Position numbers and translations under genes: made by a program. The notes below the pieces were generated by a model. The model had not been told where the DNA came from. It saw only the letters and a program-made list of their open reading frames with translations, and did not search any database. Below, piece by piece: positions 1-7,105 of a stretch of DNA of 33,965 nt; the stretch's first letter is position 1; the number at the start of each line of letters is the position of its first letter. This DNA is from a virus (lineage: Duplodnaviria > Caudoviricetes): positions 1-33,965 of IMG/VR virus record IMGVR_UViG_3300032218_001330; one strand, written 5' to 3'.

Positions 1-265
1 AGACGGGGTAGAAATAATTGTCGCACTTCAAGGAACCATCTATACACTCGGAGACGATTGGGCTTGGGCCAGAGATAAACGAGGAGTTTATGCGATTGGC
101 TCAGGCGGCAGCTATGCCATCGGAGCATTGGCAGCCATCGGGCAACCTAAATCTGCAAGCGAAGGGCTTGCCGCAGCCAAGCTTGCGCTTAGTATCGCGG
201 CAAGTTACGACAACAATACGGGTGAGCCGTACAGTATTTACCAGCAAGTAAGATCTAATGGCTAA
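1..265 (+). CDS. HslV/proteasome beta-subunit-like Ntn-hydrolase peptidase (5'-truncated)
   Basis: Not in the ORF track. The frame from nt 2 reads DGVEIIVALQGTIYTLGDDWAWARDKRGVYAIGSGGSYAIGALAA...AAKLALSIAASYDNNTGEPY...* and stops at TAA 263-265. AIGSG...A.GAL and A..D..TG are hallmark C-terminal motifs of HslV/proteasome-beta proteins. The catalytic N-terminal Thr lies outside the window. Confidence 0.75.
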   Translation, partial: DGVEIIVALQGTIYTLGDDWAWARDKRGVYAIGSGGSYAIGALAAIGQPKSASEGLAAAKLALSIAASYDNNTGEPYSIYQQVRSNG

Positions 266-467
266 AGAACCAGAGTATATCAATGGCCCGCTTGATGGCG
301 GTCCAGTTGCTATGCAGTTCTGGATGTTAGATGACATTGAGTTTCCAGTTGATGTCCAATTTGACCGAGTTGTATATGTTTGTTATACTTTAGATGAAGA
401 TACTAAAAATTATAGATACACAGGCGAGAAGGTCTTGCCTAGAAAGAAGTTAGGGACGGGTGAGTGA
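258..467 (+). CDS. small phage hypothetical protein (GPLDG motif)
   Basis: 69-aa ORF overlapping the upstream stop. The N-terminal NGPLDG and C-terminal YRYTG pattern is typical of small phage proteins. Confidence 0.7.
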   Translation: MAKEPEYINGPLDGGPVAMQFWMLDDIEFPVDVQFDRVVYVCYTLDEDTKNYRYTGEKVLPRKKLGTGE

Positions 468-473
468 CGCTGA

Positions 474-854
474 ATGGCAGAACATGATACAGATTTTGAT
501 TACTTCGGGCTTCCAAATTTTACAGCTAGACCGATTAAACGAAACAGTAACAATAAGACCCATACCAACGCGGTGAACCAGTTTGCAGCTGATATGTGGG
601 AAGTCCTTGACTCAGCTGGCAATTTGCTACTGAGTAAACACAAAGACTACGGCCCTACTAATATCTCACGCTCTCCAGGTGGGCCACTCAATGGCTTACG
701 TGTACGTATGTGGGACAAGATCGCCCGACTTAATCATCTGATTGACAACGGCGCAACACCAGAACATGAGTCTCTACGAGATTCATTTATTGATCTGCTG
801 AATTACAGCGCCATTGCGTTGATGGTTATAGATGAAACGTGGCCCAATGAGTAA
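474..854 (+). CDS. DUF1599 / nucleotide-modification-associated domain 1 (Nmad1)-like protein
   Basis: Motifs KHKDYG, LRVRMWDKIARL and ESLRDSFIDLLNYS match this all-helical, MazG-like phage family. Confidence 0.75.
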   Translation: MAEHDTDFDYFGLPNFTARPIKRNSNNKTHTNAVNQFAADMWEVLDSAGNLLLSKHKDYGPTNISRSPGGPLNGLRVRMWDKIARLNHLIDNGATPEHESLRDSFIDLLNYSAIALMVIDETWPNE

Positions 855-1587
855 AGCAATAGTTATATTGTCAGATCTTCAAGCACCGTACCATGATGTC
901 GCAGCTGTCAATGCTATCAAGAAGTTTATCTATGCATACCAACCAGATACTGTTGCAACTTGTGGTGATGAGATTGATTTTCCACAGATCAGTCGTTGGG
1001 AAGAAGGCGGCGAAGGTGAATGGCAACGCGACTTAGGTCGTCACCGTGATGTTGCAACAAAGTTGCTAGAAGATTTAACTGTTGAGCATATGGTTCGCAG
1101 TAACCACTCAGACCGTTTGTATAACAAGATCAAGACTAAGGTGCCAGGATTCCTGGGCCTACCTGAATTAGAGATTGAAAACTTTCTTAGGTTGCCAGAG
1201 TTAGGCATCCAGTACCACAAGGATCCATTTGAAATTGCACCAGGTTGGTTGCTTATGCACGGAGATGAAGGTAACGTCCAGCCTACGGCTGGCGCTACTG
1301 CATTAGGTTTAGCAAAACGTGCAGGCATGAGCGTGGCCTGTGGGCATACGCATCGTATGGGTTTGACTCACCATACGCAAGGCTATGCAGGTAAGACACG
1401 TACTGTGTGGGGTATGGAACTTGGCAACCTCATGGACTATAAGTATGCACGCTATATCAAAGCAGGTTTGTTCACTTGGAATAAAGGCTTTGGTATCTTG
1501 CACGTTGATGGTAAGACAGTAATACCGCAGCTCGTACCTATCGTAAACAATTCGTTTGTTGTAGATGGGCATGTTTGGAAATGGTAG
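847..1587 (+). CDS. calcineurin-like metallophosphoesterase
   Basis: Motifs SDLQ, GDEID, SNH, HGD and GHTHR. The start is more likely ATG 847 (MSKAIVILSD), which overlaps the upstream stop, than 832. Confidence 0.85.
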   Translation: MSKAIVILSDLQAPYHDVAAVNAIKKFIYAYQPDTVATCGDEIDFPQISRWEEGGEGEWQRDLGRHRDVATKLLEDLTVEHMVRSNHSDRLYNKIKTKVPGFLGLPELEIENFLRLPELGIQYHKDPFEIAPGWLLMHGDEGNVQPTAGATALGLAKRAGMSVACGHTHRMGLTHHTQGYAGKTRTVWGMELGNLMDYKYARYIKAGLFTWNKGFGILHVDGKTVIPQLVPIVNNSFVVDGHVWKW

Positions 1588-2045
1588 TTGTAAAACTTAG
1601 CGCAGGGGATGTGGCATGGGCAACGAATGAAGCAGTCAGTCGGTATAATTACAATAGATCCAGGGGTAATGACCCTTCTGGAAGCGCAGCAAAAACTTGG
1701 GTGGAAGCTATTGCCCGTGAAATTTCTGGCGTTCTTGGCGAAATCGCAATGGCACGCTGGCTTGATAAGTTTCCGCACACTCTCTTTGAAGATCGTAAGA
1801 CTGGTGATGTGGCAGGCCATGAGATACGTACAACTACTTATACTACGGGTCGTTTGCTTCTTACAAAAGATGATGACCCAACTAGGAAATACTTTTTAGT
1901 TACATTACCTGATCATTACACAGCTCATATTGTTGGCTTTGCATATGGTTACGAGGCACAAGATGCTAAGTTCTGGGATACTTCAATGAGTATCCCTTGC
2001 TATGCTATGCAACAAGAATACCTACATGATGTGAAGGAATTATGA
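1575..2045 (+). CDS. phage hypothetical protein, possible PD-(D/E)XK nuclease-like fold
   Basis: 156-aa ORF coupled to its neighbours. The pattern GVLGEIA...GDVAGHEIRTT resembles E...D...EvK/R restriction-endonuclease-like motifs. Confidence 0.5.
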   Translation: MEMVVVKLSAGDVAWATNEAVSRYNYNRSRGNDPSGSAAKTWVEAIAREISGVLGEIAMARWLDKFPHTLFEDRKTGDVAGHEIRTTTYTTGRLLLTKDDDPTRKYFLVTLPDHYTAHIVGFAYGYEAQDAKFWDTSMSIPCYAMQQEYLHDVKEL

Positions 2046-2683
2046 AAGAGTGGCTAGATGAAGCCAGCGACATCGCCTCGCAAGTGGCTCGCACAGTACA
2101 TAAAAAGTACCATACGTACTTTGATGTGGCTGATGTTCGCCAGGAATTACTGGCGTGGGTTATCCAAAGAGAAGACAAAGTTAAAGTCTGGCTCAACCCA
2201 GAACAATCAATAGAAGATTACAAGGGCGGCGTAAGGCAGCTTGCTAAGACGCTATCGCGTCATGCTGATCGTTACTGTCGCAGACTTAAAGCGCAGAAGG
2301 CTGGCTATGAATTGCGTGACGAAGTTTATTACACGCCAGCTTTGCTTACTGAGTTACTGCCATTCATATGGACTGATGTTGTTGCAACGCAAGATGCTAC
2401 TAAGCCACGTGTTTCTGGTGGTGGTGGTGTAGCAGCTGAGGGTGGTAACTATGCCGCTTCACTCTTTGATGTACGCGCTGGACTTGAGAAGTTAGAACCA
2501 GATGATCGTATCGTGTTGCAGTATAAGTTCTTTGAACAGTTAAACTATACCCAACTGGCAGCAGTCCTGGAAATCTCTGATTCAACAGCACACCGCAAAG
2601 TCTCTGGTGCGTTACGTCGTTTGTGTTATCACTTAGGTGGGGATAATCCCTGGAGTACGAAAAGGAATAAACCAGATGCCTAG
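2042..2683 (+). CDS. phage RNA polymerase sigma-70/ECF-like factor
   Basis: Region-2-like DVADVRQELLAWV and region-4 HTH LEPDDRIVLQYKFFEQLNYTQLAAVLEISDSTAHRKVSGALRRL. Confidence 0.8.
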   Translation: MKEWLDEASDIASQVARTVHKKYHTYFDVADVRQELLAWVIQREDKVKVWLNPEQSIEDYKGGVRQLAKTLSRHADRYCRRLKAQKAGYELRDEVYYTPALLTELLPFIWTDVVATQDATKPRVSGGGGVAAEGGNYAASLFDVRAGLEKLEPDDRIVLQYKFFEQLNYTQLAAVLEISDSTAHRKVSGALRRLCYHLGGDNPWSTKRNKPDA

Positions 2684-2858
2684 TTATGAATACAGTTGTC
2701 GTCTATGCAATATGTCGCAGACAGTTGAGCGATCTATTCATGCTGAAAGCATGGCACCTCTATGTTGTGGTGAATTAGCCAACCGTGTATATGAAGCACC
2801 ACCAGTTAAGTTTAATAGCACGGGCTTTTACTCAACCGATAACGCTAAGTTTTTGTAA
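2676..2858 (+). CDS. FmdB-family zinc-ribbon protein
   Basis: Starts MPSYEYSCRLC, has LCCG, and ends with the family signature PPVKFNSTGFYSTD. The true start is ATG 2676. Confidence 0.85.
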   Translation: MPSYEYSCRLCNMSQTVERSIHAESMAPLCCGELANRVYEAPPVKFNSTGFYSTDNAKFL

Positions 2859-2899
2859 AGCAAAAACCCCCGCACCGAGAGGATAGCGGGGGCTTTGCT
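2859..2899. terminator. bidirectional intrinsic terminator between convergent operons
   Basis: AGCAAAAACCCCCGC-loop-GCGGGGGCTTTGCT inverted repeat flanked by A- and T-runs, immediately after the FmdB stop. Confidence 0.75.
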
Positions 2900-2930
2900 C
2901 CTATGCCTGAAAGGGTTAAGCGGCATAGAA

Positions 2931-3221
2931 TCATAGCACAATAAGGGACGGATCCTTAAGTTGTGCAATCCTAGCATACGATGATGAATCATACGCGTGG
3001 ATTCTCTTAGCATAATCTTTTTTTAACTGTGCTTCTGTACTGTACGGGCCAACAGCTTGAATGATATTAAGCGTTGGGTGTACAGCAAAGACTATGTATT
3101 GTGTGCGTTGGATAAGTAATTCTTCTACTAAGTCCCACACTTTTTTGGCCATGTCTTCTGCATCATCAGCGTCTTGTTCCAGCAAGGCGGCAACTTTCTT
3201 AATCTCAGTTGGCTTAGCCAC
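2931..3221 (-). CDS. hypothetical protein
   Basis: 96-aa ORF with a GTG start abutting the upstream stop. It is the last gene of the minus-strand array. Confidence 0.7.
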   Translation of the reverse strand: MAKPTEIKKVAALLEQDADDAEDMAKKVWDLVEELLIQRTQYIVFAVHPTLNIIQAVGPYSTEAQLKKDYAKRIHAYDSSSYARIAQLKDPSLIVL

Positions 3222-3359
3222 TTACCACTCAATCCATAACCAAAAGAAACCTATGTTTAGATCAAAGTTGTGCTTGCTAATGCCTATGCCTAAGTGAAAC
3301 TGCTTAATGTACCAGCCCCAGCCTATAAAACTATTACGTATGCGTATCTCTTTAGTCAT
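3222..3359 (-). CDS. small aromatic-rich hypothetical protein (45 aa)
   Basis: Read by hand: MTKEIRIRNSFIGWGWYIKQFHLGIGISKHNFDLNIGFFWLWIEW*. It is coupled to both neighbours. Confidence 0.65.
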   Translation of the reverse strand: MTKEIRIRNSFIGWGWYIKQFHLGIGISKHNFDLNIGFFWLWIEW

Positions 3360-3513
3360 TTTTTTCCCTTACAATTTCTGCTATTTGGTTAATAATTTTG
3401 CGAATAGTAATGACGCTTGCTTCGCTATTGAGCCAGACATAACTAGCTTCTTCAATCTCTTGTGCTATCGCTTCGCGTTGCTCCGCTAGGCGTATCTCTA
3501 AAGTTTTTTCCAT
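3352..3513 (-). CDS. small helical hypothetical protein (53 aa)
   Basis: Read by hand: MEKTLEIRLAEQREAIAQEIEEASYVWLNSEASVITIRKIINQIAEIVREKND*. The start overlaps the SLT gene stop (TGATG). Confidence 0.7.
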   Translation of the reverse strand: MEKTLEIRLAEQREAIAQEIEEASYVWLNSEASVITIRKIINQIAEIVREKND

Positions 3514-4121
3514 CAGTACCAGCCCCTTGTCTTGGATTTTTTAAGCGCTAAACATGCGTCACTATTATAGCGGTGCTTGAGGTATTTCAAGCCCCAGCGG
3601 ATCTGTGTCGCGGGGTTAGTTTTCCAGTCAGTACCCATGCTAGACATCTTGCTGGCTGGGTAAGCTTGGGCTATCCCATATGCCCCACCATGTGGGTTGC
3701 GTGCCTTGTAATTCCAATGACTCTCCCGCGTCCATAGTACGCGCAGACATGTCCATTGTTTTAGAGTCGCCCCTTGTGAGCGATACAACTGCATAGCGAA
3801 TGTCTTAACTGGCATGTTATGAGGTATGGCATAGGCGGTTGGTAAGAAGCCCGCCCTAACTGGCTCAAATCGCCTGCTAATGCCCTCTATGGGCATCATT
3901 ACCCCACCGATTAACACTAGGATTAACCCGCCTGTTGCGTATCTTCGTCGTCTACGGCTGATTGGGCGGGGGTGCGCTTGAGCGCTCCGCTTAAATGATT
4001 GGTATTGAATATCCGCGTCGGCTTTACGCCTTGCGGTATAGGCGGGCAGGTCAATGCGTACTTCTTGATTGCCGTGTGTCGGATCTGGCGCTGATACTCG
4101 AAGATTGTTCGTTCGTTCCAT
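3513..4121 (-). CDS. membrane-anchored lytic transglycosylase (SLT-like, actinobacterial type)
   Basis: C-terminal QWTCLRVLWTRESHWNYKARNP..GAYGIAQA.PASKM...DWKTNPATQIRWGLKYLKHRY...GWY carries the catalytic Glu (RES). RRRRR followed by a hydrophobic stretch suggests a TM/signal segment. The start is uncertain because it overlaps whiB. Confidence 0.85.
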   Translation of the reverse strand: MERTNNLRVSAPDPTHGNQEVRIDLPAYTARRKADADIQYQSFKRSAQAHPRPISRRRRRYATGGLILVLIGGVMMPIEGISRRFEPVRAGFLPTAYAIPHNMPVKTFAMQLYRSQGATLKQWTCLRVLWTRESHWNYKARNPHGGAYGIAQAYPASKMSSMGTDWKTNPATQIRWGLKYLKHRYNSDACLALKKSKTRGWY

Positions 4122-4375
4122 TGCAAAGCTCCCTTTTCTAGCCGTTCATATGGCAAAGTCCCGCCGTAAATACCATAGCCTATTGCATCTACATCTTGCA
4201 TAGCAAAATCAAGACAGGCTTTTTTAATTGGACATTTTTCGCATATTTGTAATGCAAGAAGCGCGTCCTCTGCTGAGACTTTGCGCTTTTCGCCACGCTC
4301 TAAGTCTGGGAACCAGACGTCGGGGTGCAGGATTGAGTCTCGACAGGCTGGTGTCATGTCTGGTGCAAGGCTCAT
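3923..4375 (-). CDS. whiB: WhiB-family Fe-S transcription regulator with C-terminal extension
   Basis: Four Cys: ACRD...PDVWFP...ICEKCPIKKACLDFA, plus the GIYGG turn motif. WhiB proteins are essentially confined to Actinobacteria and their phages. Confidence 0.9.
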   Translation of the reverse strand: MSLAPDMTPACRDSILHPDVWFPDLERGEKRKVSAEDALLALQICEKCPIKKACLDFAMQDVDAIGYGIYGGTLPYERLEKGALQWNERTIFEYQRQIRHTAIKKYALTCPPIPQGVKPTRIFNTNHLSGALKRTPAQSAVDDEDTQQAG

Positions 4376-4515
4376 GAGTTTGCCTTGATAAGCGTTTGTA
4401 GCTGCTCGTCTGTAACTACGCTAGATAGCGCACCAACGAGGGCTTCAACTGCATTATCCTTGTACTTTTCGCGCATAACAATAGCCAGCGTGTTGCATAG
4501 TTGTGCGTTGCTCAT
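4372..4515 (-). CDS. small hypothetical protein (47 aa)
   Basis: Read by hand: MSNAQLCNTLAIVMREKYKDNAVEALVGALSSVVTDEQLQTLIKANS*. ATGA overlaps on both sides. Confidence 0.7.
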   Translation of the reverse strand: MSNAQLCNTLAIVMREKYKDNAVEALVGALSSVVTDEQLQTLIKANS

Positions 4516-4721
4516 AGACGATCCGCCTTAAGGATAGTAAGCAGAATAATTAGCTCGGTTGTGTCGCGTTGTAAGTTTTCAATATCCTTACGACGCTTCT
4601 CAACCTTAGCGATAATCTCCTCGCGTGTTTCACGGCTCCCGTATGAGTAGCCTGTTTCGTACGCGTCCTTCATTACACGCGTCATGCTTGATACTAATAC
4701 TTCTAACGGTTGCTCGTTCAT
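4512..4721 (-). CDS. hypothetical protein
   Basis: 69-aa ORF with an AYETGY.YG...TREEII motif common in small phage proteins. ATGA-coupled. Confidence 0.7.
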   Translation of the reverse strand: MNEQPLEVLVSSMTRVMKDAYETGYSYGSRETREEIIAKVEKRRKDIENLQRDTTELIILLTILKADRL

Positions 4722-4876
4722 TTTTTACCTCTCTCTAGTTCGACTATTTTATTTTCACATTCCATACAGGTGTATGAGTTGTACTGATTATGGTCAAAGT
4801 ATGCCTTGCATACATCACACTCGACAATGTCTGACTCGCCGTAAAATACTGGGTCATTAAGTTCTGGCTCGCTCAT
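4718..4876 (-). CDS. small zinc-finger protein
   Basis: MSEPELNDPVFYGESDIVECDVC...CMECE has two CxxC pairs. The start at 4876 overlaps the upstream TAA. Confidence 0.7.
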   Translation of the reverse strand: MSEPELNDPVFYGESDIVECDVCKAYFDHNQYNSYTCMECENKIVELERGKK

Positions 4877-4995
4877 TAGTAGCTCCCGTCCTTGCGGGAC
4901 GTCCACCCGCACCTATCGCACTTTACTTTATTTTCTAGTGTCTGACTATCGCCAGACATGACTGACCCGCATACAAAGCACCGACCATAACTCAT
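4876..4995 (-). CDS. small zinc-ribbon protein (39 aa)
   Basis: Read by hand: MSYGRCFVCGSVMSGDSQTLENKVKCDRCGWTSRKDGSY*, with two CxxC pairs. Confidence 0.7.
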   Translation of the reverse strand: MSYGRCFVCGSVMSGDSQTLENKVKCDRCGWTSRKDGSY

Positions 4996-5156
4996 AGTGA
5001 AAGCTCCATCTCGTCGGCCTTTTGTTTTAGTAGCGCAATAGAGTAGTTGACTAGCGACCAGTCACCCTTCTCGATGCCGAACCGAATTAGGTTGGCGTGT
5101 AAGCGTAGAAAGTCTGAGTGTGTGCGGATTTTGTGTTGCTCTAGTGTGCTACTCAT
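4992..5156 (-). CDS. small hypothetical protein (54 aa)
   Basis: Read by hand: MSSTLEQHKIRTHSDFLRLHANLIRFGIEKGDWSLVNYSIALLKQKADEMELSL*. It overlaps both neighbours. Confidence 0.65.
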   Translation of the reverse strand: MSSTLEQHKIRTHSDFLRLHANLIRFGIEKGDWSLVNYSIALLKQKADEMELSL

Positions 5157-5442
5157 TATCGTTCACCCATGCATCTAAGTGGTGTTGCTCGATAATAGCC
5201 CACGCTGGCGCGGTTAATTGGCCCTTGTAAGTAACTTGAAAGTTACCAATCTTAGGCATCTCAATAGCCTTGTTTGCTTCGTCGTCGTTGCATGCTTCGA
5301 TAGCCTCGATGCATACTGGCACCATCTCGGTTGGTACTGGTGGATAGTGATTACTTCTTAAGTGAATTGCGATTCCTTGCTCCATTGTCAGCGTTGGGAA
5401 TAAATCCTTGTCCGCTAACTCAGTTGCCATATTGCTTCCCAT
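5149..5442 (-). CDS. conserved actinophage-type hypothetical protein
   Basis: MGSNMATELAD...IHLRSNHYPPVP...CIEAI...APAWAIIEQHHLDAW. The start at 5442 has a GAGAGG SD; the longer ORF-track start runs through the promoter. Confidence 0.75.
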   Translation of the reverse strand: MGSNMATELADKDLFPTLTMEQGIAIHLRSNHYPPVPTEMVPVCIEAIEACNDDEANKAIEMPKIGNFQVTYKGQLTAPAWAIIEQHHLDAWVNDNE

Positions 5443-5522
5443 CTTGTATTCCTCTCGGTTTGAATTGCCCGCGTCATTCACCTTGAATAGTCCGCGTCCT
5501 CTAAGGTAAGAGGCTAGGTAGC

Positions 5523-5552
5523 ACGATACTCTCGCACGTGCCACCTCGTCAA
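5523..5552 (-). promoter_or_regulatory. sigma-A-like early promoter
   Basis: Minus strand TTGACG-18 bp-TATCGT in the intergenic gap upstream of 5442. Confidence 0.5.
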
Positions 5553-5557
5553 GCACC

Positions 5558-5719
5558 TTAGCGTCTTGAATTATGCGCGTCGTATATCCGTACCCGCGCC
5601 AGTCCCCTCTGATGCGCGTCCCATAAGTTGCACACGATATTGAAAGCGATGTAGATTCCCCCGCCCCATAGGGCTAGGCCGATAAAGCCAACTGCTAATT
5701 CGATAGCCGTTGTAATCAT
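5558..5719 (-). CDS. small membrane protein (53 aa)
   Basis: Read by hand: MITTAIELAVGFIGLALWGGGIYIAFNIVCNLWDAHQRGLARVRIYDAHNSRR*. ATGA-coupled to the upstream gene, with one TM helix. Confidence 0.65.
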   Translation of the reverse strand: MITTAIELAVGFIGLALWGGGIYIAFNIVCNLWDAHQRGLARVRIYDAHNSRR

Positions 5720-5883
5720 GGTAATTCCACCCACTCTGTATAGATAGGGCCGTCATACTGACGGCGTGTAATGTACGCGCCACACTCTAGGCACTTACCC
5801 GCTTGCCATACATAACCGTCACCGTCGCCCCAGCTCCAATTTTCGGCGCGGTGAAAGTGTGTTAGTGCCATGTCGTTGCTCAT
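5716..5883 (-). CDS. small hypothetical protein (HxH/CxxC)
   Basis: MSNDMALTHFHRAENWSWGDGDGYVWQAGKCLECGAYI..., with a GGAG SD and an ATGA overlap. Confidence 0.65.
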   Translation of the reverse strand: MSNDMALTHFHRAENWSWGDGDGYVWQAGKCLECGAYITRRQYDGPIYTEWVELP

Positions 5884-6167
5884 GCGTTTACTCCTTCGCT
5901 TGTTTTGATTAAGTAACCTTCGGCTATTTCCCACCAATTGACACGATACAGGCTGCCAATATCCTCGCGCATTGTCCGCGCTTGTACCCAATTTTCATCA
6001 AAATAATCGTCAATCCATGACTCAATTGCGTCAGCTAATTCGCGTTGTGTCTGATTTTCCTTGGCTAATTCCAGCACCTTGGCTTGTAAGCGTTGCTCGT
6101 TGTCAATATGCAAGGCGGTTGCCCACGTCTCGCGATTCGTCCAGCCGTTATAAGTCTCGTCGCTCAT
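5880..6167 (-). CDS. conserved phage hypothetical protein (YNGWTNRETW family)
   Basis: The N-terminal YNGWTNRETW and C-terminal VNWWEIAE motifs define a widespread small phage early protein. Confidence 0.8.
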   Translation of the reverse strand: MSDETYNGWTNRETWATALHIDNEQRLQAKVLELAKENQTQRELADAIESWIDDYFDENWVQARTMREDIGSLYRVNWWEIAEGYLIKTSEGVNA

Positions 6168-6361
6168 TAGTTTGACTTCCCATCTAGTACACGTAGTGCC
6201 ATGGCTAGCGCGTCGCTAAAGCCTTCCTCGTACTTGCGCTCTAGCGTATCTTGAAAGTCTTCGTCACTTCCTGATTCCTCTGACTTGCTCGTGTAGTCTT
6301 CGTAAATCTTTAGCGATTCTTGGTAGTGCTTGTTTATTGTCTCGATTAGCTGCTCGTTCAT
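6167..6361 (-). CDS. acidic hypothetical protein
   Basis: MNEQLIETINKHY...LERKYEEGFSDALAMAL. The start at 6361 has a GAGAGG SD. Confidence 0.7.
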   Translation of the reverse strand: MNEQLIETINKHYQESLKIYEDYTSKSEESGSDEDFQDTLERKYEEGFSDALAMALRVLDGKSN

Positions 6362-6410
6362 GTTGTTTACCCTCTCAAGGTTTGGATTCCTAGCGGATAC
6401 TAGGCCAAGA

Positions 6411-6442
6411 GCGAGGGTATCAAAACCCTCGCCCCTAGTCAA
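6411..6442 (-). promoter_or_regulatory. sigma-A-like promoter overlapped by an inverted repeat
   Basis: Minus strand TTGACT-17 bp-TACCCT. The inverted repeat GCGAGGGT(6411-6418)/ACCCTCGC(6425-6432) covers the -10 box. Confidence 0.5.
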
Positions 6443-6751
6443 TCATCCGCAAAAGATAGTTTGGTGGACTACCATAAGCGCGATGGATTCTTGGTTAAAT
6501 AGTCCAGCCAGCTTGGCTAGCCCGCGCTCGATATCGGATAGGTATTGCTCATGTATCTCGACGACGTAGGTCACCGATTCCTCTCCTTGGCCTTGATATT
6601 GGCCCGCGCCTAGGGCGCGCTTGGTGTAGTAAAGTGCATGAGCTGCGTCTAGTGTCTGCTCAATATTGCCATGGAATAGATTCCATTCAATTGAATTCAT
6701 AGGCTCGGTCAATACATTACGGCCCGCGCTTATTACGATAGTTTGGCTCAT
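6443..6751 (-). CDS. hypothetical protein
   Basis: 102-aa ORF (ISAGRNV...GQYQGQGEES...LAGLFNQESIAL), TAATG-coupled. Confidence 0.75.
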   Translation of the reverse strand: MSQTIVISAGRNVLTEPMNSIEWNLFHGNIEQTLDAAHALYYTKRALGAGQYQGQGEESVTYVVEIHEQYLSDIERGLAKLAGLFNQESIALMVVHQTIFCG

Positions 6752-6927
6752 TAGATAACCTCGTTTACTTTCGCTAGTAGTGTTGGATATTCGGTAAAGT
6801 CTGCGACGACGTCGCGGAATAGTGCAAGAATGTCACTATCCTCGCGGATAGCCTCGATGACTAGATTCTCGTCTGCTAGTAATTCGCCTGCTAGGCAGGC
6901 GATGACGTTTGCGGGTGACGTCTGCAT
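6751..6927 (-). CDS. small acidic hypothetical protein
   Basis: MQTSPANVIACLAGELLADEN..., with a GAGAGG SD upstream of 6927. Confidence 0.7.
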   Translation of the reverse strand: MQTSPANVIACLAGELLADENLVIEAIREDSDILALFRDVVADFTEYPTLLAKVNEVI

Positions 6928-6928
6928 T

Positions 6929-7105
6929 TTAGTTTGCCTCTCTTGATTCAATAGCTTCGCGACGTGATGCGCGATAGGCGCTCTTGCGCTTTATAGCTTC
7001 CAAGGCACAATCCTTAGAGCAAAATGAAAGAGCTGGGATAGATGATACGCCTACAGAATAATTGCCCTCGGTATAACAGTTTGAACAGATTATCTCTTTA
7101 GTCAT
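6929..7105 (-). CDS. small zinc-finger (TRASH/MYM-like) protein, first early gene
   Basis: Read by hand: MTKEIICSNCYTEGNYSVGVSSIPALSFCSKDCALEAIKRKSAYRASRREAIESREAN*, with CxxC...FCSxxC and a GAGAGG SD. Confidence 0.65.
   Translation of the reverse strand: MTKEIICSNCYTEGNYSVGVSSIPALSFCSKDCALEAIKRKSAYRASRREAIESREAN

Noticed and set aside
18-251. 77-aa plus-strand ORF from the track
   Set aside because: Wrong frame. The overlapping frame (nt 2-265) carries clear HslV/proteasome motifs.
5571-5783. 70-aa minus-strand ORF from the track
   Set aside because: The alternative frame 5558-5719 has ATGA coupling and a clean TM helix, so it is the more plausible gene.
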